A stretch of DNA of 64,000 nt from Scyliorhinus canicula (lineage: Eukaryota), in contig NC_052147.1 of the NCBI RefSeq assembly GCF_902713615.1, forward strand, positions 199,603,764-199,667,763, given 5' to 3'. This document shows, in pieces, positions 13,326 through 26,730 of this stretch (within the stretch, counting starts at the first letter, position 1; each line of letters starts with the position of its first letter). The notes under the pieces are model-generated. The model searched no databases, was not told the origin of the DNA, and was given only the letters and a program-made list of their open reading frames with translations. A program made the position numbers and the translations under genes.

Positions 13326-14513
13326 GCTAATGACAATTTTTTACAAACTTCGTCCAGAAAACCTTGATTTAAAAATAAATTAAAAACTGCAAGGTCTTGA
13401 TTCCCCCCCCAGCAGCCACTAAGTATTTGAAACAGATTCCGGAAAATGCATACAATAGAGGTTTCCATTTGGAGAGAATAATGACCACTCACTGAGCGCC
13501 CGAATATTGCTCAGGTAATTTCTCTTTTGTCCAAAAGAGAATTTTCCACCATTCTTGCCGCTTTTCAAATAAAACAAGGGGAGCGATTGCATGCGGCCTG
13601 TTGGTATCTGTTGTTGCTGTTTCTTCCCCGGGAGCAGCAGGACAATAGCGAGGGTTCCTGGAGAAACGGCCAGCAATCCAACGTACGCAGGGTGACAAAG
13701 GAAGCATCCAGCTAGCCAAGAAAAGGAATAACGGAGCTGAGGGAAATAATTACAGCCATTACCGATTCAGAAAGGTCTTTTGGACAAAGTTATTCAAAGG
13801 CAAACATGGCCTGCTCCGATAGAGTCAGAACATGGACTTCCCGTATCACATAAAGCACTTTGCACATGTTGCTTAAGGACATTGTAAGATGAAACATACT
13901 TTGTTCTGAAAGTTTAAAAAAATGGAAGACTGGAATATAAGTTTAATATCTGACGATCCGAAGCATTTGTGTTCCAATTTCTTCACAATTCGTTGTTTTT
14001 CCCTCTCACGTGCACTCACAGCTATTATCTCCTTAAACTATTTCAATAGCTAACTCTTACATTTGTAATATGCACAATTCGAATTTCAAGTTTTGAACTA
14101 AGGGACGTTCTAGTCCGTTTTAATTGCAAAGCATCGTGTGATACGAAACCGCCAGCCAATCTTTGTAGATAATTTATCGTCATCGCCATGGAAACAGGCA
14201 GCTTGAGAAAGAAATACTTCAGTTTCAGTAATCTTAGATTTCCTGAGAGTAAATCCGGAAGTTTAGAAACGACTACATTCGCACTAATGATCAGTAAATC
14301 AACACGTTAAACATCACAGTTCGATTGCAAAGGGGAGCTGAAATAAACCATTCATTGTTAAGCGGCGAGAGCTAAAAGCCTACTCAATATTGAAAAGTGG
14401 ATTCAAAACAAAAAGAGGCCATTCCTAATCAAATCATTCAGTATTACTGAGAACGTAATCACTCTAAGCAGTAAAGGCCACGAGGAGCAAATTGCTGATT
14501 TTCGTAGTGTTGG

Positions 14514-14596
14514 CATCGACCATAGACTCCCCTAGAAACGAATCTGTGACCGAAACATCACACAAATTCGGTTCTACAGGGTATATATAGACGACG
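14514..14596 (-). ncRNA. MIR10B: microRNA mir-10b precursor (mature 5p at 14561-14583)
   Basis: Minus strand TACCCTGTAGAACCGAATTTGTG is miR-10b-5p. The 3p arm ACAGATTCGTTTCTAGGGGAGT (14547-14526) pairs with it. Canonical position 1.4 kb upstream of the HoxD4 ATG. Confidence 0.97.
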
Positions 14597-16217
14597 GGTT
14601 GCAAATAAATTCGGTGACTAATTACGATATGGGAAAGTAGTTTTAAAAGCTACAGTTGCAAGCGGACTCCAAGGAGTTAATGGCTTGCAATATTAATAAA
14701 TAAGAAAAGAAAATTCAGACAAAGCGACTGGTCAACAATTTAATTGTTTGGCCACTGAAAAATAATAGAAGTCGTCCTTTATAACAGGTCGGTGATAGCG
14801 AACATTTCTACGTGCGTTGTTCGGCAGTGGCAGCAACGTGAATCAGCGTGCATACAGTGTACAAGGCAGAAGTTATTATTTGTTACTCTGCATATGAGCC
14901 CTTGGTATTTCACAGAGATTTTATAGGAAACAGTTTGTACCGATCCGCTCCAGCTAACATTACTAAGTGCCCCAGCGTGAATCAATAATTGCTCCAGATG
15001 CTAATAATTTGAACTCACCACTAACAAACCGCAGGATGTTATAACAAATATCACCCGGACTAAACAATTCCTAAATCTAATCAAAAACAAGTTATACATG
15101 ATAGCACAAATATTAGTTTATTTCAAAGTGTTCTGCACTCATTGCTACTTCCATAAAATGATAGCAGCGCAGGAAAATAACGATTGTTTGTTCTATTCTA
15201 ATCTCTACCTCGGAGCTGGATAATATAATACTGCAGGCAGGCCTGGCAATCTGCTTTAAATTCTAATTAGCAACAGTCAATTGGATCGTCACATGCCGGG
15301 AAAAAATATGTACAATTTAGTATGACAACTAACCAGGATTCCCTTTGCCTCGAACATGTCTAAGGTGGTTTCTAAACTCTAGTGCATTGTAGATTCCTTA
15401 CTTTGCTCTCCCCACTGTCCCCGCAGTGTCACCGCGTTGTGTGTTAAAGGCCGAAGGGCACCGGGGTCAGACTGAAATCATTTACAAACACCTCGCAAAG
15501 TTGCATTATTATTTTCACTTTAGGGAGCGCCACACGCCTGACCTTTTATAAATGTGTGAATCTAGCCGAACTAACTATTCAGCTAAGTTTACAGTAATTC
15601 TGTCCTTCTGACTCGAGTTGGAATAAAAGGCACACGAGAGGCTGAGGACAATTCTAAACGTACGCCAACGAAACCGAGTAAGTGGATTCGACAGCACAAA
15701 GGCTAGGTTGAAATGTTTTTGGCTGCACTGGTTAACAAAGTAATACTGAAACTGTACTTTCTGACAGCAAATGGGAATCTTCACTTTATTTCTCTGCTAC
15801 TTCTGCCGAGCACAATAACGCTTTCGCTGCATGGACGCTTTATTGCAGAGCAGCCAAACTAAAGCTCTATAAATGTGCAACCTCATGTTTAATCCCGAAG
15901 TAAATTTCTGTTTTGATGATTTTACCTTCTGTAAAAAAAAATCCAAAGCGTCGCTAAAAGTCTGGTTTATTTACCTGTGATTTTTTTTCCTTCACCCCAG
16001 TGCATTAGGAAAGAAAAAGGCTAAACAGTTTTCGACAACCAATGACGCCAACGAATGCACCGGCGGTGAATTCTGCTTTTAAAAGCCTTTTTGCAAAGAA
16101 AATCCCAGATATCGTTACATCATCCGCTAATTGAAAAGCCAAATGTCTTTACTGTTCAAATTATCGCAGATAGTGAAGCTGATTGGTGCTACACATTTTA
16201 ATATTTGTTAGACGCTG

Positions 16218-16234
16218 TGACCTGCATTTCACCT
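16218..16234 (-). promoter_or_regulatory. DR5 retinoic acid response element, HoxD4 5' RARE
   Basis: Minus strand AGGTGA-AATGC-AGGTCA, as I recall the mammalian Hoxd4 upstream RARE, about 3 kb upstream of the ATG. Confidence 0.88.
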
Positions 16235-17979
16235 TACTGCTCGACTCGTTCAGACAGGTCAATGCCAAAGAGTTATTGATGAACAAACCCGATTAAAATT
16301 CACCTCTTTTTTAACTGCCCACACAAGTGCTGCGACTTTTGATCTAGCAGATTTTGACCTAGAGAATGTCAATGCAAAGTAAGTGTTTGGGAAGTGAACC
16401 CTATATTTATTCATAGATTCAGTGGTTCAATGAAAGCTATTATTGCCATGAGTCTGCTAAGGGCCTTCCTGCGTATAAATACAACGATTTAAAAACCAAA
16501 ATTGAATTTTTAAAAAGTTCACCTTTCTAGTGACCCAGAAAGTCATTTTCTTGCAGAAGTCCGCTCAGCATAAGGGCGACTGTTTTGCTTTTCAGTGGCA
16601 ATTACCCTTGATTACTTATCAACGCCTAGAGATTCACATTGTAAAACTTAGTGCTGAAACGAAGGAGCCATTGCGCTGGCCCATTGCTTTGCCAATACCG
16701 GTTAAACGTTATCGGGATCTATTTAAAGTGAGTTATTGTTTGACGTTTATCTCGTGGCGTAATTACTCGTTACTTGGTGGGCAATAATATTGGATATTAA
16801 GTGTAGAGATAGACTAGTATCTGTAAATGTCTGCATTTGATACCCTTAGCAGTGCTTACAATTAGCTGAGGTGCAGGAGCAATAGTCGATCGAAGGTGAA
16901 AAGAAACATTCAAAGTCCCTTGTGTGGGACATGTCTATTACTGCCTTGCGATAGCCAGATAGTAATTTAACTCAAGATGTTTTACTACTGTCCGTTTGAA
17001 ATAAAGACTTGAACCTATCTAATTTGACGTGCGGTTTTGGTTACTTTGATATTATTAGTTTTTCCTTAAAAAACTACAGTCTGAAGTTAATAGTTTCAGA
17101 TTATCTTCATAAACCTATACATAGGGAATTTTATTTACTGTATCTTTCATGGTAAACAAAAGACAATAAACTTTTGAAACATGCTCTCATTTAAAAAGCA
17201 ATTACATTTTGCAATAAGTTATACGAACTTTTGACGACAACTATTCCCCAAGCGACCTGGCGGACCTTTACAAAAAAACATTTTAATTCATAAAAGGTAA
17301 GCCTCGCCGATAAATAACCCATCAAAGGAATGCTGTGCTTCACTTAAATTAATAGTTAATTTTTTGCCCTGGCAGCCATAAGGCTTGATTTTTGGCCTAC
17401 ATGTTTACAGTGACTGTGATATCTGAAGAGCTTTAACATTTGCTTTCGCCCACACGCCTCTGTAGGCTCAGTAAGTGTCGACTTTAAATAGCTGCTATAA
17501 TTATTGCCACGTCATTCGACAAAGCGAGTTTACAGATGTTTATTGAAACCGGAACAATAATTTTCCTCCAAATGACCTTTTACAGATGCACCCTTGCACT
17601 GGGAGGCGCTGTGTTGTACATTACCAGTTCAAAATAACAACCCAGCTAAATCGGACTCTGGATATACACTGTCACAGATAGAGTTGAGCACAATAATATT
17701 TTAACTGACTTTACTCTGTACCTATAAAGATCGTAACCCTTTCAGGGAAATTGAATGTACCAGCATAATTTCTCCCATGCCGTTATACAAATTAAGCAGA
17801 GTACCAGGAAGGATGTAAGCTGTGCACAATTGTTACTAAAATCCGTTTCCAATCCACAGAACCGCTCCCTTTAGACCCACAATGTGACGATTTCGTTTTC
17901 CACATAAACCACATCCGGAAAAAAACAATCGCTTCCAACTATTCACCACACATTTAAGAAATAACACACAGTTACTTAC

Positions 17980-18006
17980 GGAAGAACCTCCTCCATTCTG
18001 CCAGAC
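17980..18006 (-). other. Putative 27-nt non-coding micro-exon
   Basis: tctaac branch point + tttgattttattttattgcAG | GTCTGGCAGAATGGAGGAGGTTCTTCC | GTAAGT. Confidence 0.6.
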
Positions 18007-21000
18007 CTGCAATAAAATAAAATCAAAGTTAGATTGAACAGTTCAGACTCAGTAAATCACACAATGAAGATGGGAATCAGTGCGATATATACCCACAATG
18101 GCTTTCTGATATTAAAGTAACTGAAATACTGTTAACTTCGCGAGTTCAGGTAAGCGATCTTCATGATATTACTTTCGAATGCAAAGATTGTCAATACGAT
18201 CTACAATATAATTTATGTTACCATGAGAACAACAGCTCTGTATTGTCATGGTGCGACGTTTTAAGCAAAAATATCGATCATTTATATACGGCGTATTTTA
18301 CTCTGGCCTACTAATTGATATGACACCACTCGTTTCACTTTACATTGTTTAAGCACAGGAAACTCATGTAATGTCATATGTTCTTGGTAAACAGTAATTT
18401 GAATATTGGTTTCACATTGTCCTCCACGCCGTGTCTGTCAAGGCACTTTCAACTATCCTTCACTAGTTAACCTGGTCATACATTGAACTTTAAAAATGTA
18501 TACATGCATAAAGCGTCGATTTGTAATGACATTATGAAAACTACACCTTCTCCGTGGGCCGTTATCCACTCTCAAATATGTTCTCCAATATCTTGGCAGG
18601 GGCTTTTTCAGCGTTCTGTTTGCAATTTTTTCAATTGCGAATTTTATTGAACATTTCGAGTGCCGAAAAAATCGTTCATCCGAGATGCTAAACCACCTCG
18701 ATTGTTTTGAAGATTTTCGAAATCTTTATTTTTCAAATATTAACAAAATATTTCCAAAATTCTCCATTGAACTGAATTAGCTAAAAAGGGCAGAACGTGC
18801 TATAGTTTTATTGTTTAAAAGCCAATCCGAATTATTTATGGGTGAATTACTCACATTTCCAGTTGTCAGTAAACATTTTTCATCTCAGCTCTTTGGGCTG
18901 AGCCTGTCCCCTGTCATGTTTGATATTTATTAATTTTCTTTTGCATTTTGGTTCCCATCTCGCACGGTTTACGATTTCATTGCCCCTCCCCCTCCCCTTC
19001 CTCTTGAAACCTTGTCATATCATTCTACATTTTCAGCAACATTTAAGTAGGCCACACATAATGTCAACGTGTCACAAAAACAATTAATAAGCTTAGTTTA
19101 TTTGGCAGTGCCTCGCTATATGTGGGCCACATGAGTAGTCAAAAAAGAATTCCGAACTAAATTATCAGCAACTGCAGTGAGTGTTCAGACTGCATTGTTT
19201 TTAAAAAAATGAAGATATTTTTTCAGCGGCTTTTTGAAGAAAAAGAAAATAGATTAAGCAGCAAACTGTTCATCATTGTTCAATAATTCTGTTCCAAATT
19301 GTTCGCAATTTGGGACTCCGAACCGTGATACCTAGAACCGAACTAATTAGCTAACCTCAGTGAATTAAGAGGAGGTTCAGCAAAGCATATGTAGTAAATG
19401 TTTGATTCTTCTTTGAACTTGCAGAACTAGTCCTTAAATTAGCTAATATCCCCAAAATATTTTCGGTCAAACTCGCAGACTATAGAGTAGCAATTTGTAT
19501 CCTCTGCAGAGCTTTGGTTCTCTGACCTCCGATTTTTAAAAACAAGATCGATTTTCAACGTATGAAAGTGTTATAAGGCTAGTGCAGTTAATATCTTTCA
19601 GAGCTGGCTGAATTAAAATACACGTGATCAAACTGTACAAAAGCTCCTTGTTTTTGTAAAGAACCCAATTTAAACGGTTTATTTCTGAATTGTTCATTTA
19701 ACTGTATAATATGATTATGACGCACAACATTCTTCATGATTAAGCATTTGAAATTGTAGTTGGAAATTTAGTAGCATGCAAAGTTTATAATTTATTTCGA
19801 ATATTGCAATATCATTTTCATAATTGAACACAGATATGTTATAACCGGTATCTGTTGAAACTGAACTCATGCAGTACTCTGTCTTTCTAGTTTTTGGCTG
19901 GCCAAGAAGTAGTGCATGCGCCCAAGAGGCCCGAATGACATCAGGTGTCACGCAATCACCAGCTCTGTTGCCGATTAGAAATAACTTACTTGCTGTTTTT
20001 CCAGCGCAAAGGTATTAGGACCCTAGGACACTGCCAATGCGAACAGGACCGCTTGCTTCTTGGTGTCACTTTCCACAGACCCTCTCAAAAACACGAACCC
20101 ATCTGCACTTGCCTGCTCTTAACCTAATATATGATGTGAATTATATTTTGGCTTGTCAACTCCCCTAACCATAAAACAAAGTTTAATGACATCACGTGCC
20201 CCTCTATAGCCAGTCAGAAACAGGCTCTGTGGCGTCCATATAAATAACGCTTAAACTTTAAAACTTTTATTCACTAAAGACAGTCATGTTCATCGAAATG
20301 CTGTCTCAGTAATATAAAGCTAAACATCTGAGTGCCCAGAGGACGCGTTCTTTGGAGAATAAGTTACCTTTACTTTAAAACGCAGCTTGGGCAGTTCTTA
20401 TACAACCACGGGGATCTATTAGATTTGGTAAGTGTAAATACACTAGATGTATACGTGACCGATAGGGTCTGAGCTACAGTGAAATGGAAATTGGTCGATT
20501 GAAAAATAAGACAAGATGCCCTTTTAACAGTTATAACGCCCTATGACTTTGTTTCTCTATTTCTGTCGCTTCAGCAATATAAGTTCCTACTGCTTTAGTC
20601 ATAAGCGTTCGGTAGAACAAGTATTCTCAGTGCAGTTAACCTGGTAAGTTATTCAATGCAATGCAACCTGATATCAAGTATTAATACGTTCCATAGCTCT
20701 TCCAAACAAATCCCAACTCTGGATATGTATGTTTTTCAAATATGTATGTTAATATTCATGAATAAAAGTAAATTATTCCATTAAATAACAGGCTTTCAAA
20801 CTATCTTTTCAAAATTACCATGTCTGTAATCTAGGTGCTGAAGTTTCTCAAGCATGACTCATGTTAAATAAAGTTATTGGAATAAGTATAAACTCGGCCA
20901 ACACGTCTTGCCAATAATAATATTTTTTTAATTCAGAAAACGTTCAAAGACGATTCAGCCCAAGGAACTTTTATGAGTTCTGAAACATTGGGGCTAGTAT

Positions 21001-21785
21001 TAGGTGAATCTGGATGTTAAAGGAAAAAGATGCAAAGTGAGAAAGTGAAATGGCGTTTGGTTCTTTCACAAGTCACCAATTGCTAGTGCCTTTGTATACC
21101 CATTAGAGCTAAGCAAGAAAAAGTAAGCTGAACAAAACGCCAGGTGGAATGATTTTTGATAAAACTGAATTTATTTCAATGTTGTAGGCAAAAAAACACT
21201 TTTTTCATGTACATAGGACAAAGCCAGATACTTAAACGTTATATATGTACAGAATATACATGACAAGATATACCTGGGACCACAGCAACATTCGTGCCAT
21301 ACACATTCCAATGAATCATCAAACAAATGATCACTTTTATTGTAAAAAGAGATGAAAGAAACAATATTTATCTATGTTTATAAAACATTTTTAAAAATTA
21401 GAATCTTAGCGAAGCTATAATCTGGTCTAGAATGTGTTTGTTCAGCAACCAGATATATAGCACAATTTCCTTCTGCTCTCAAAGACAAATGGTTTGCTTG
21501 GTTACATTACATCGGTTGACCCCTGTCTTACTCTCCTACAATCTAAATTAAAGCATGGATGTTAGCATCAATGTATTAAAAACATGATTTAACATATGTT
21601 GATGACAACTGATAAATTGTACCCTTGCCTTTATAAATTGATAGCAAGACGTTGAACCCACACGAGAACAACATATCAATCGTATCTCATCGAGAAGCAC
21701 TTAATGTGGCCAAGCAACCTTTCCTATTGCAACTTTAAAACATCATCTGGATAGTCATATTATACAGCCAGTTAGGTGAAACACG

Positions 21786-22037
<252 letters not shown>

Positions 22038-22400
22038 TTAAGAAAAAGTTAAAAGATGTATTAGCATCAGTACAACGGAAATTATGAAGTTATACAATTT
22101 CAGACAAATGCGTTCATGCTTAATGCTAGGATAAAATCTTCAATTGTTTGGGTCTACGTGTTAAAATAATGTAAAATATTTTCAGTTTCAAGAGGTATGG
22201 TGCGGAGCATGGTGCACCTTTCGGCATAATTGCTGTTATAATTTATAGCAGCAGTTTGATATTCCGATATCATTCAAACTGTCATATTTTGATGAGTAGT
22301 CGTCATATTTAGCTCATGCTTGTTATTTTGCTATTTTGTTCCTCAGTCTGAAAATTAATTGGATCAAAATTAAACCGCGTCAAAAGGCTGAATGTAGTAC

Positions 22401-22908
22401 CTTGGTTAAGGTGCATCTTTTTCATCCATGGGTATATCTGCAACTGTCGGGCTGGATCCTTGTCTAGTTGTTCACTTTCCGGTTTGGGGCTGTTAGTCCC
22501 CTTAGGATGTCCATCGTTAAGCGGTGAAGTGTCCTGGTCACCGCTGTATGAGTGACTAGACTCTGTGATAGCGGCCCCCGTCTTGATTGCCCTGTCTGAT
22601 GGGTTTATTAAAGATGCCGAGCAGAAGGCAGGATCTGGAGACTTCATTTTCATCTCATTTGAGCTCTGAAAGGTGTTGCTGGCTGTTTGCAGGTAGTTAG
22701 CAGACCTTTCACTGTCTCCACACAGATTTGAGTTAGAACGAGTCATGCTGAGATCTATCCCCGTGTAATCATAGCCATACCTGGCGGAGAGCACCGTCGG
22801 CTCCCTAAAATGCTCGCCCACAGAAGCAGCATTTCCATAACTCTGCAACTGATAATCGTGGCCATTTTGGTAGCGACCTGAGAAGGAGTTTAAAAAGTAG
22901 GAACTCAT
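22401..22908 (-). CDS. HOXD5: Homeobox protein Hox-D5, exon 1
   Basis: Group-5 N-terminus [21 protein letters not shown], the [11 protein letters not shown] motif and hexapeptide [10 protein letters not shown]. Donor CAAG|GTACT at 22400, phase 1. Confidence 0.95.
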
Positions 22909-22964
22909 CTGCCTTTTAGGGGTTTGATTTGTGGTCTTAGACGTTTATTCGCCACTAGACCGCG

Positions 22965-23085
22965 CGATATATAATGAAATATGGAAATAAAAGGCACATG
23001 TCATTTCTCTGCCTTCTACGTATGCAACCAAATATGGGACACAAGTTTAGATCACGTGTTTTTGTTGACCAGTCGTAAATTCTTG
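22965..23085 (-). promoter_or_regulatory. Conserved Hox5 proximal promoter
   Basis: Minus strand AATTTACGACTGGTCAACAAAAACACGTGAT...CCCATATTTGG...TACGTAG...TTTCCATA, a block resembling the Hoxa5/b5/c5 promoters. Confidence 0.75.
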
Positions 23086-23150
23086 TGCCTGACCCTGGGG
23101 GTAATTCATGCAGTGAGAATATTTGCTGCGATTTAACGAGCATGGTCCTA

Positions 23151-23169
23151 TAGCGCCTCCTGCTGGCAA
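23151..23169 (-). promoter_or_regulatory. CTCF-binding motif at the Hox5|6 position
   Basis: Minus strand TTGCCAGCAGGAGGCGCTA closely fits CCASYAGRKGGCRS; about 245 bp upstream of the HoxD5 ATG. Confidence 0.75.
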
Positions 23170-26100
23170 ATGTGAAGAAAGCCAGGTTCATATCAACAAA
23201 GCAAAATCCAAAAGAGGCTTTGACGTTTACACGGTTTGCTAAATATTTTTCGAAGCAGGTTCATTTCTAAAAGTGTTCATGGTTTAAGATATAATAAAAT
23301 TTGGGTATCAATGCTGCTTCCTATTACTGTAATTATGAGTTATGTAGCTGGTGACAAGATACAAAATGTTTCTGTAAATACAAGCATCCTATTTAATAAT
23401 ATTATTCGAGTATATGCTTGTGTGCAATACACGTGTAAAGTAAATAGCCGAATTGGCTTTAGCTGCCGCAAAGCACAACCACTTAAAAACTGCAAATGTT
23501 TATCCAATGCTTTATTTGTGAAAAAACTAGTGCAATAATTCAACTCATTTAGTGAGACAATTAGTCGCTCTTGTTCTAATTCAGTTGAGTAAGAACACCC
23601 TCCCTTCGTATTTACTGTGTACTTGACCCCTTAGTTCGATGCTGACTGTAAATAAATAATTAGATTCTCGGCGAACTGTTTGGTTGGAAATAAATAATAC
23701 GTACTCGCAGTATTGATTTCAAATACAGGTATCCGATTCTGACTTTTACTCAAAGATTTTGGATTTTTAGATTCTTTTTCGTGCGGGGAACAAGGCCGGG
23801 GACAGTATTTTCTGGGGAAGGAAGCGTATTCAAGTATGCGAATCATAAGGCAGCCTCCCCGCATTTTCACATACGGTCTTGGTGCCTGGGGTTTAGAATG
23901 ATTCGAATGGACTATGTTTGTAGAATACGGCGTTGAGATTATTTATACATTAGTTTCATGTCCTTAAAGATGGCACATTGAATCGGCTTTACAATGTTCC
24001 CCATTAGCTTTCATATGCACAAACATGTTCCGTCTTTTGCTGCACCCTGCCCACTATATTCCGGATTCTACATAAATATGTGTTCCCTGTTGTCATTGGT
24101 AACTTGTTTTAAAAAACAAAACTACAAGTGAACGTTGCATTTTATTTTGTGACTGGTTAGGTCGACGCTGACACTAGTCCCGACAGTACACACTGAGAAA
24201 CTAAGCGCAGTGTGTGATATGTTTATTTCTATTTTCACTACCCAATTAACCGTGGATGTTATTGTTCTTTCCCTCTATACAACCTATATTTTGCACTGTC
24301 GCGGTATTTGTTTAATGGTCTGGGGCCTGATGTACATTCGATGTATATGCTAAGCTCATTCAAAATAGTTCTTGCAGAAAGATCGCCTTCAGCAAATTGA
24401 TCCACATTTGGAAGAGGAATGGTTGCGGACTGCAGTAGTTGCACCCTTGGTCTGTTGCCATTCTCCACAGTGGTAGCTTCTACTCCAAACATATCCAGCC
24501 AGAAATGCAAGAAAACTCAGAGAGCAATAAATGTCATATTTAAAATCAAGATTTTTTTTCGGTTTCATTAATAAGCAGCGTATAAATTCATGATTGTGAT
24601 CGGGAAAGGCATAGTTAACGAGGGGTAGCGATGTCAAATATCGACTATGTTCATGTGAGCCTGAAAACCGTGACAAAAGTTCGCCCAGGATCGCAGTAAT
24701 GTTTAATCAGGTGGATTACATCTAAATGTTTACACTTGTTTGCCAGTTGTTTTCACTGATGTAAAAATAGTGTCCCTCTGACCACTTTAATAAGCGTATT
24801 AATCAGCAGTACAGTAGGATCCTCCTGTTATATGACCCGACCAGACCATGTACGCTTGTTTCTCATACAAAAAAAATATTTGATTCCTGAGCTCTGGCAG
24901 AAATGTTCCTTTACATATTTCCTGCTCCGGAGCGCTGGACACTGGGAGTGTTATGGTGCTCGCTTTCCAAATACCTGTCACTAGAATTTTAAAATGAAAT
25001 TAAATTAAAATCGCTTGTCGTCACAAGTAGGCTTCAAATGAAGTTACTGTGAAACGCCCCTAGTCGCCACATTCTGGCGCCTGTTCAGGGAGGCTGGTAC
25101 GGAAATTGAACGGTTGTGCTATTTAGCCTTGTGCTAAACCAGCCCCAACACAAACAAGGGGACAAAAGTATTACCAAAAAATTCAAGTCTGAGCATATTT
25201 GAAAGAAAATAGGCAGGAACTGTATCGTCATAGCCCACGGCAGAAGCACGCCAGTTCCAAATACAGACTGAATCCGGAGTCATTGGGGCAGTTTCAACCA
25301 TACAGTTTTAGTGGAGGACCGCATAGGCCTCAGATTGAAAGTGCTCGGATCCGAGGACCGTCATGTGTTCCAAATTATAACTTGCGCCGAGTTAAGCTTA
25401 TGTACAAGAAAACGTAATCTTTTAACAAGCACATTTTTGATAAAGGGTAATTCTTTCGGTGCGGTTTTATTTTTTCTTTGTGAGATCTGATTTGTGTACC
25501 ATTCTTAAATTCTGATCTGAGAACCTGGTTGTTACACAGACCAAGTGACTCTGCTGCTCGTCAATCTAACGTTGCAGCAGCCATGTGACAGCCTGTGGAA
25601 GAAATATTGCCTTTGTCCTGTATTAACAAATCAGGCCGCTCTTACAGAACACTCGATCGAATAATATGAGTTCTAGTACTGACTTCGACTAATTCTTTTA
25701 AAAATAAGTAATGTTCCAGGCTGCTGTCCGCTTTTATCCTTGAAACGTTTGAGATAGGATAGCCAGCATATAAACAGTCCCCCCTTACTGGGGGAGACCG
25801 TGAATTATATTCACACCGTGAAATGAAGAAATTGATGCGTGTATGATATACCAATCATTTTTGTTGATTTTCAATTTACAGTGCGTTCTTCCTCGTAACA
25901 AATCCAGGAGAAGGTCCGAAATTCGTTTGTTTCCCTAACCTGCAAAGAGCGATCAGTTTCTGGAATTCCAACCGATTATTCCCGTTGAACTCGAGATTAA
26001 ATCTCTTGTGGGGCTTTCGTGTGAAGAATTCTTTATATTTGGAAACTGATGTTAAAAAGGATTTGGAAAAAAAAGTGTAATCATTTTTTAAGTGCTGAAC

Positions 26101-26304
26101 GTTGGCGGCGATCTGATTACTTTTTGAGACAGACGTTAAGTTGAAAAGTTGTTTGCATTAAATAAATAATTTTAATATTTTGTTGTTGTTCTATTGAAAT
26201 TGGAAATTATATCTGAGCATTGTCGGTGTAGAAGATACACTGTCAGCAAAGTCGCACAGGTTGAAGGTTCTAAATGAACCGCTAGATACTGACTAAATCA
26301 ATTC

Positions 26305-26730
26305 ATGCACGCACATATACACGTATACACATGCAGGCACACAATTTGCACATACACATACACAGACGGACATATACATACGGAGACATAAACACACACA
26401 GGTAGACACATATACATACGGGCAGACATACAAGCACGCGCAGATACACACAAATACAGACACACGTATATATACAGACAAACATACACATAAATGCACA
26501 GACACAGATAGACATAGACAAACATATAAACGCACACGTAAAGATACGCATATATTTATACACACATACATAGATACACATATACACACACATGCACACA
26601 CACACACATACACATAAACCCACACAGATACGGACACAAATATACATCATGACAAACGTACACACATAAACGCACAGGCATACAGACACACAAACACACA
26701 CATGTACATACATACACACACATACACATA
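26305..26730. repeat. Long degenerate (CA)n/(TACA)n microsatellite
   Basis: About 425 bp of acacatacacagacacatata-type repeat; source of three spurious V/C/Y-rich ORFs. Confidence 0.9.

Noticed and set aside
15920-15980. Possible 3-nt micro-exon (ttttacAG|AAG|GTAAAA) and a nearby CAG|GTAAAT donor
   Set aside because: The donors are weak and no coherent exon partner was found; not supportable without RNA data.
26293-26719. 79-138-aa V/C/Y-rich ORFs
   Set aside because: Translations of the degenerate (CA)n repeat.
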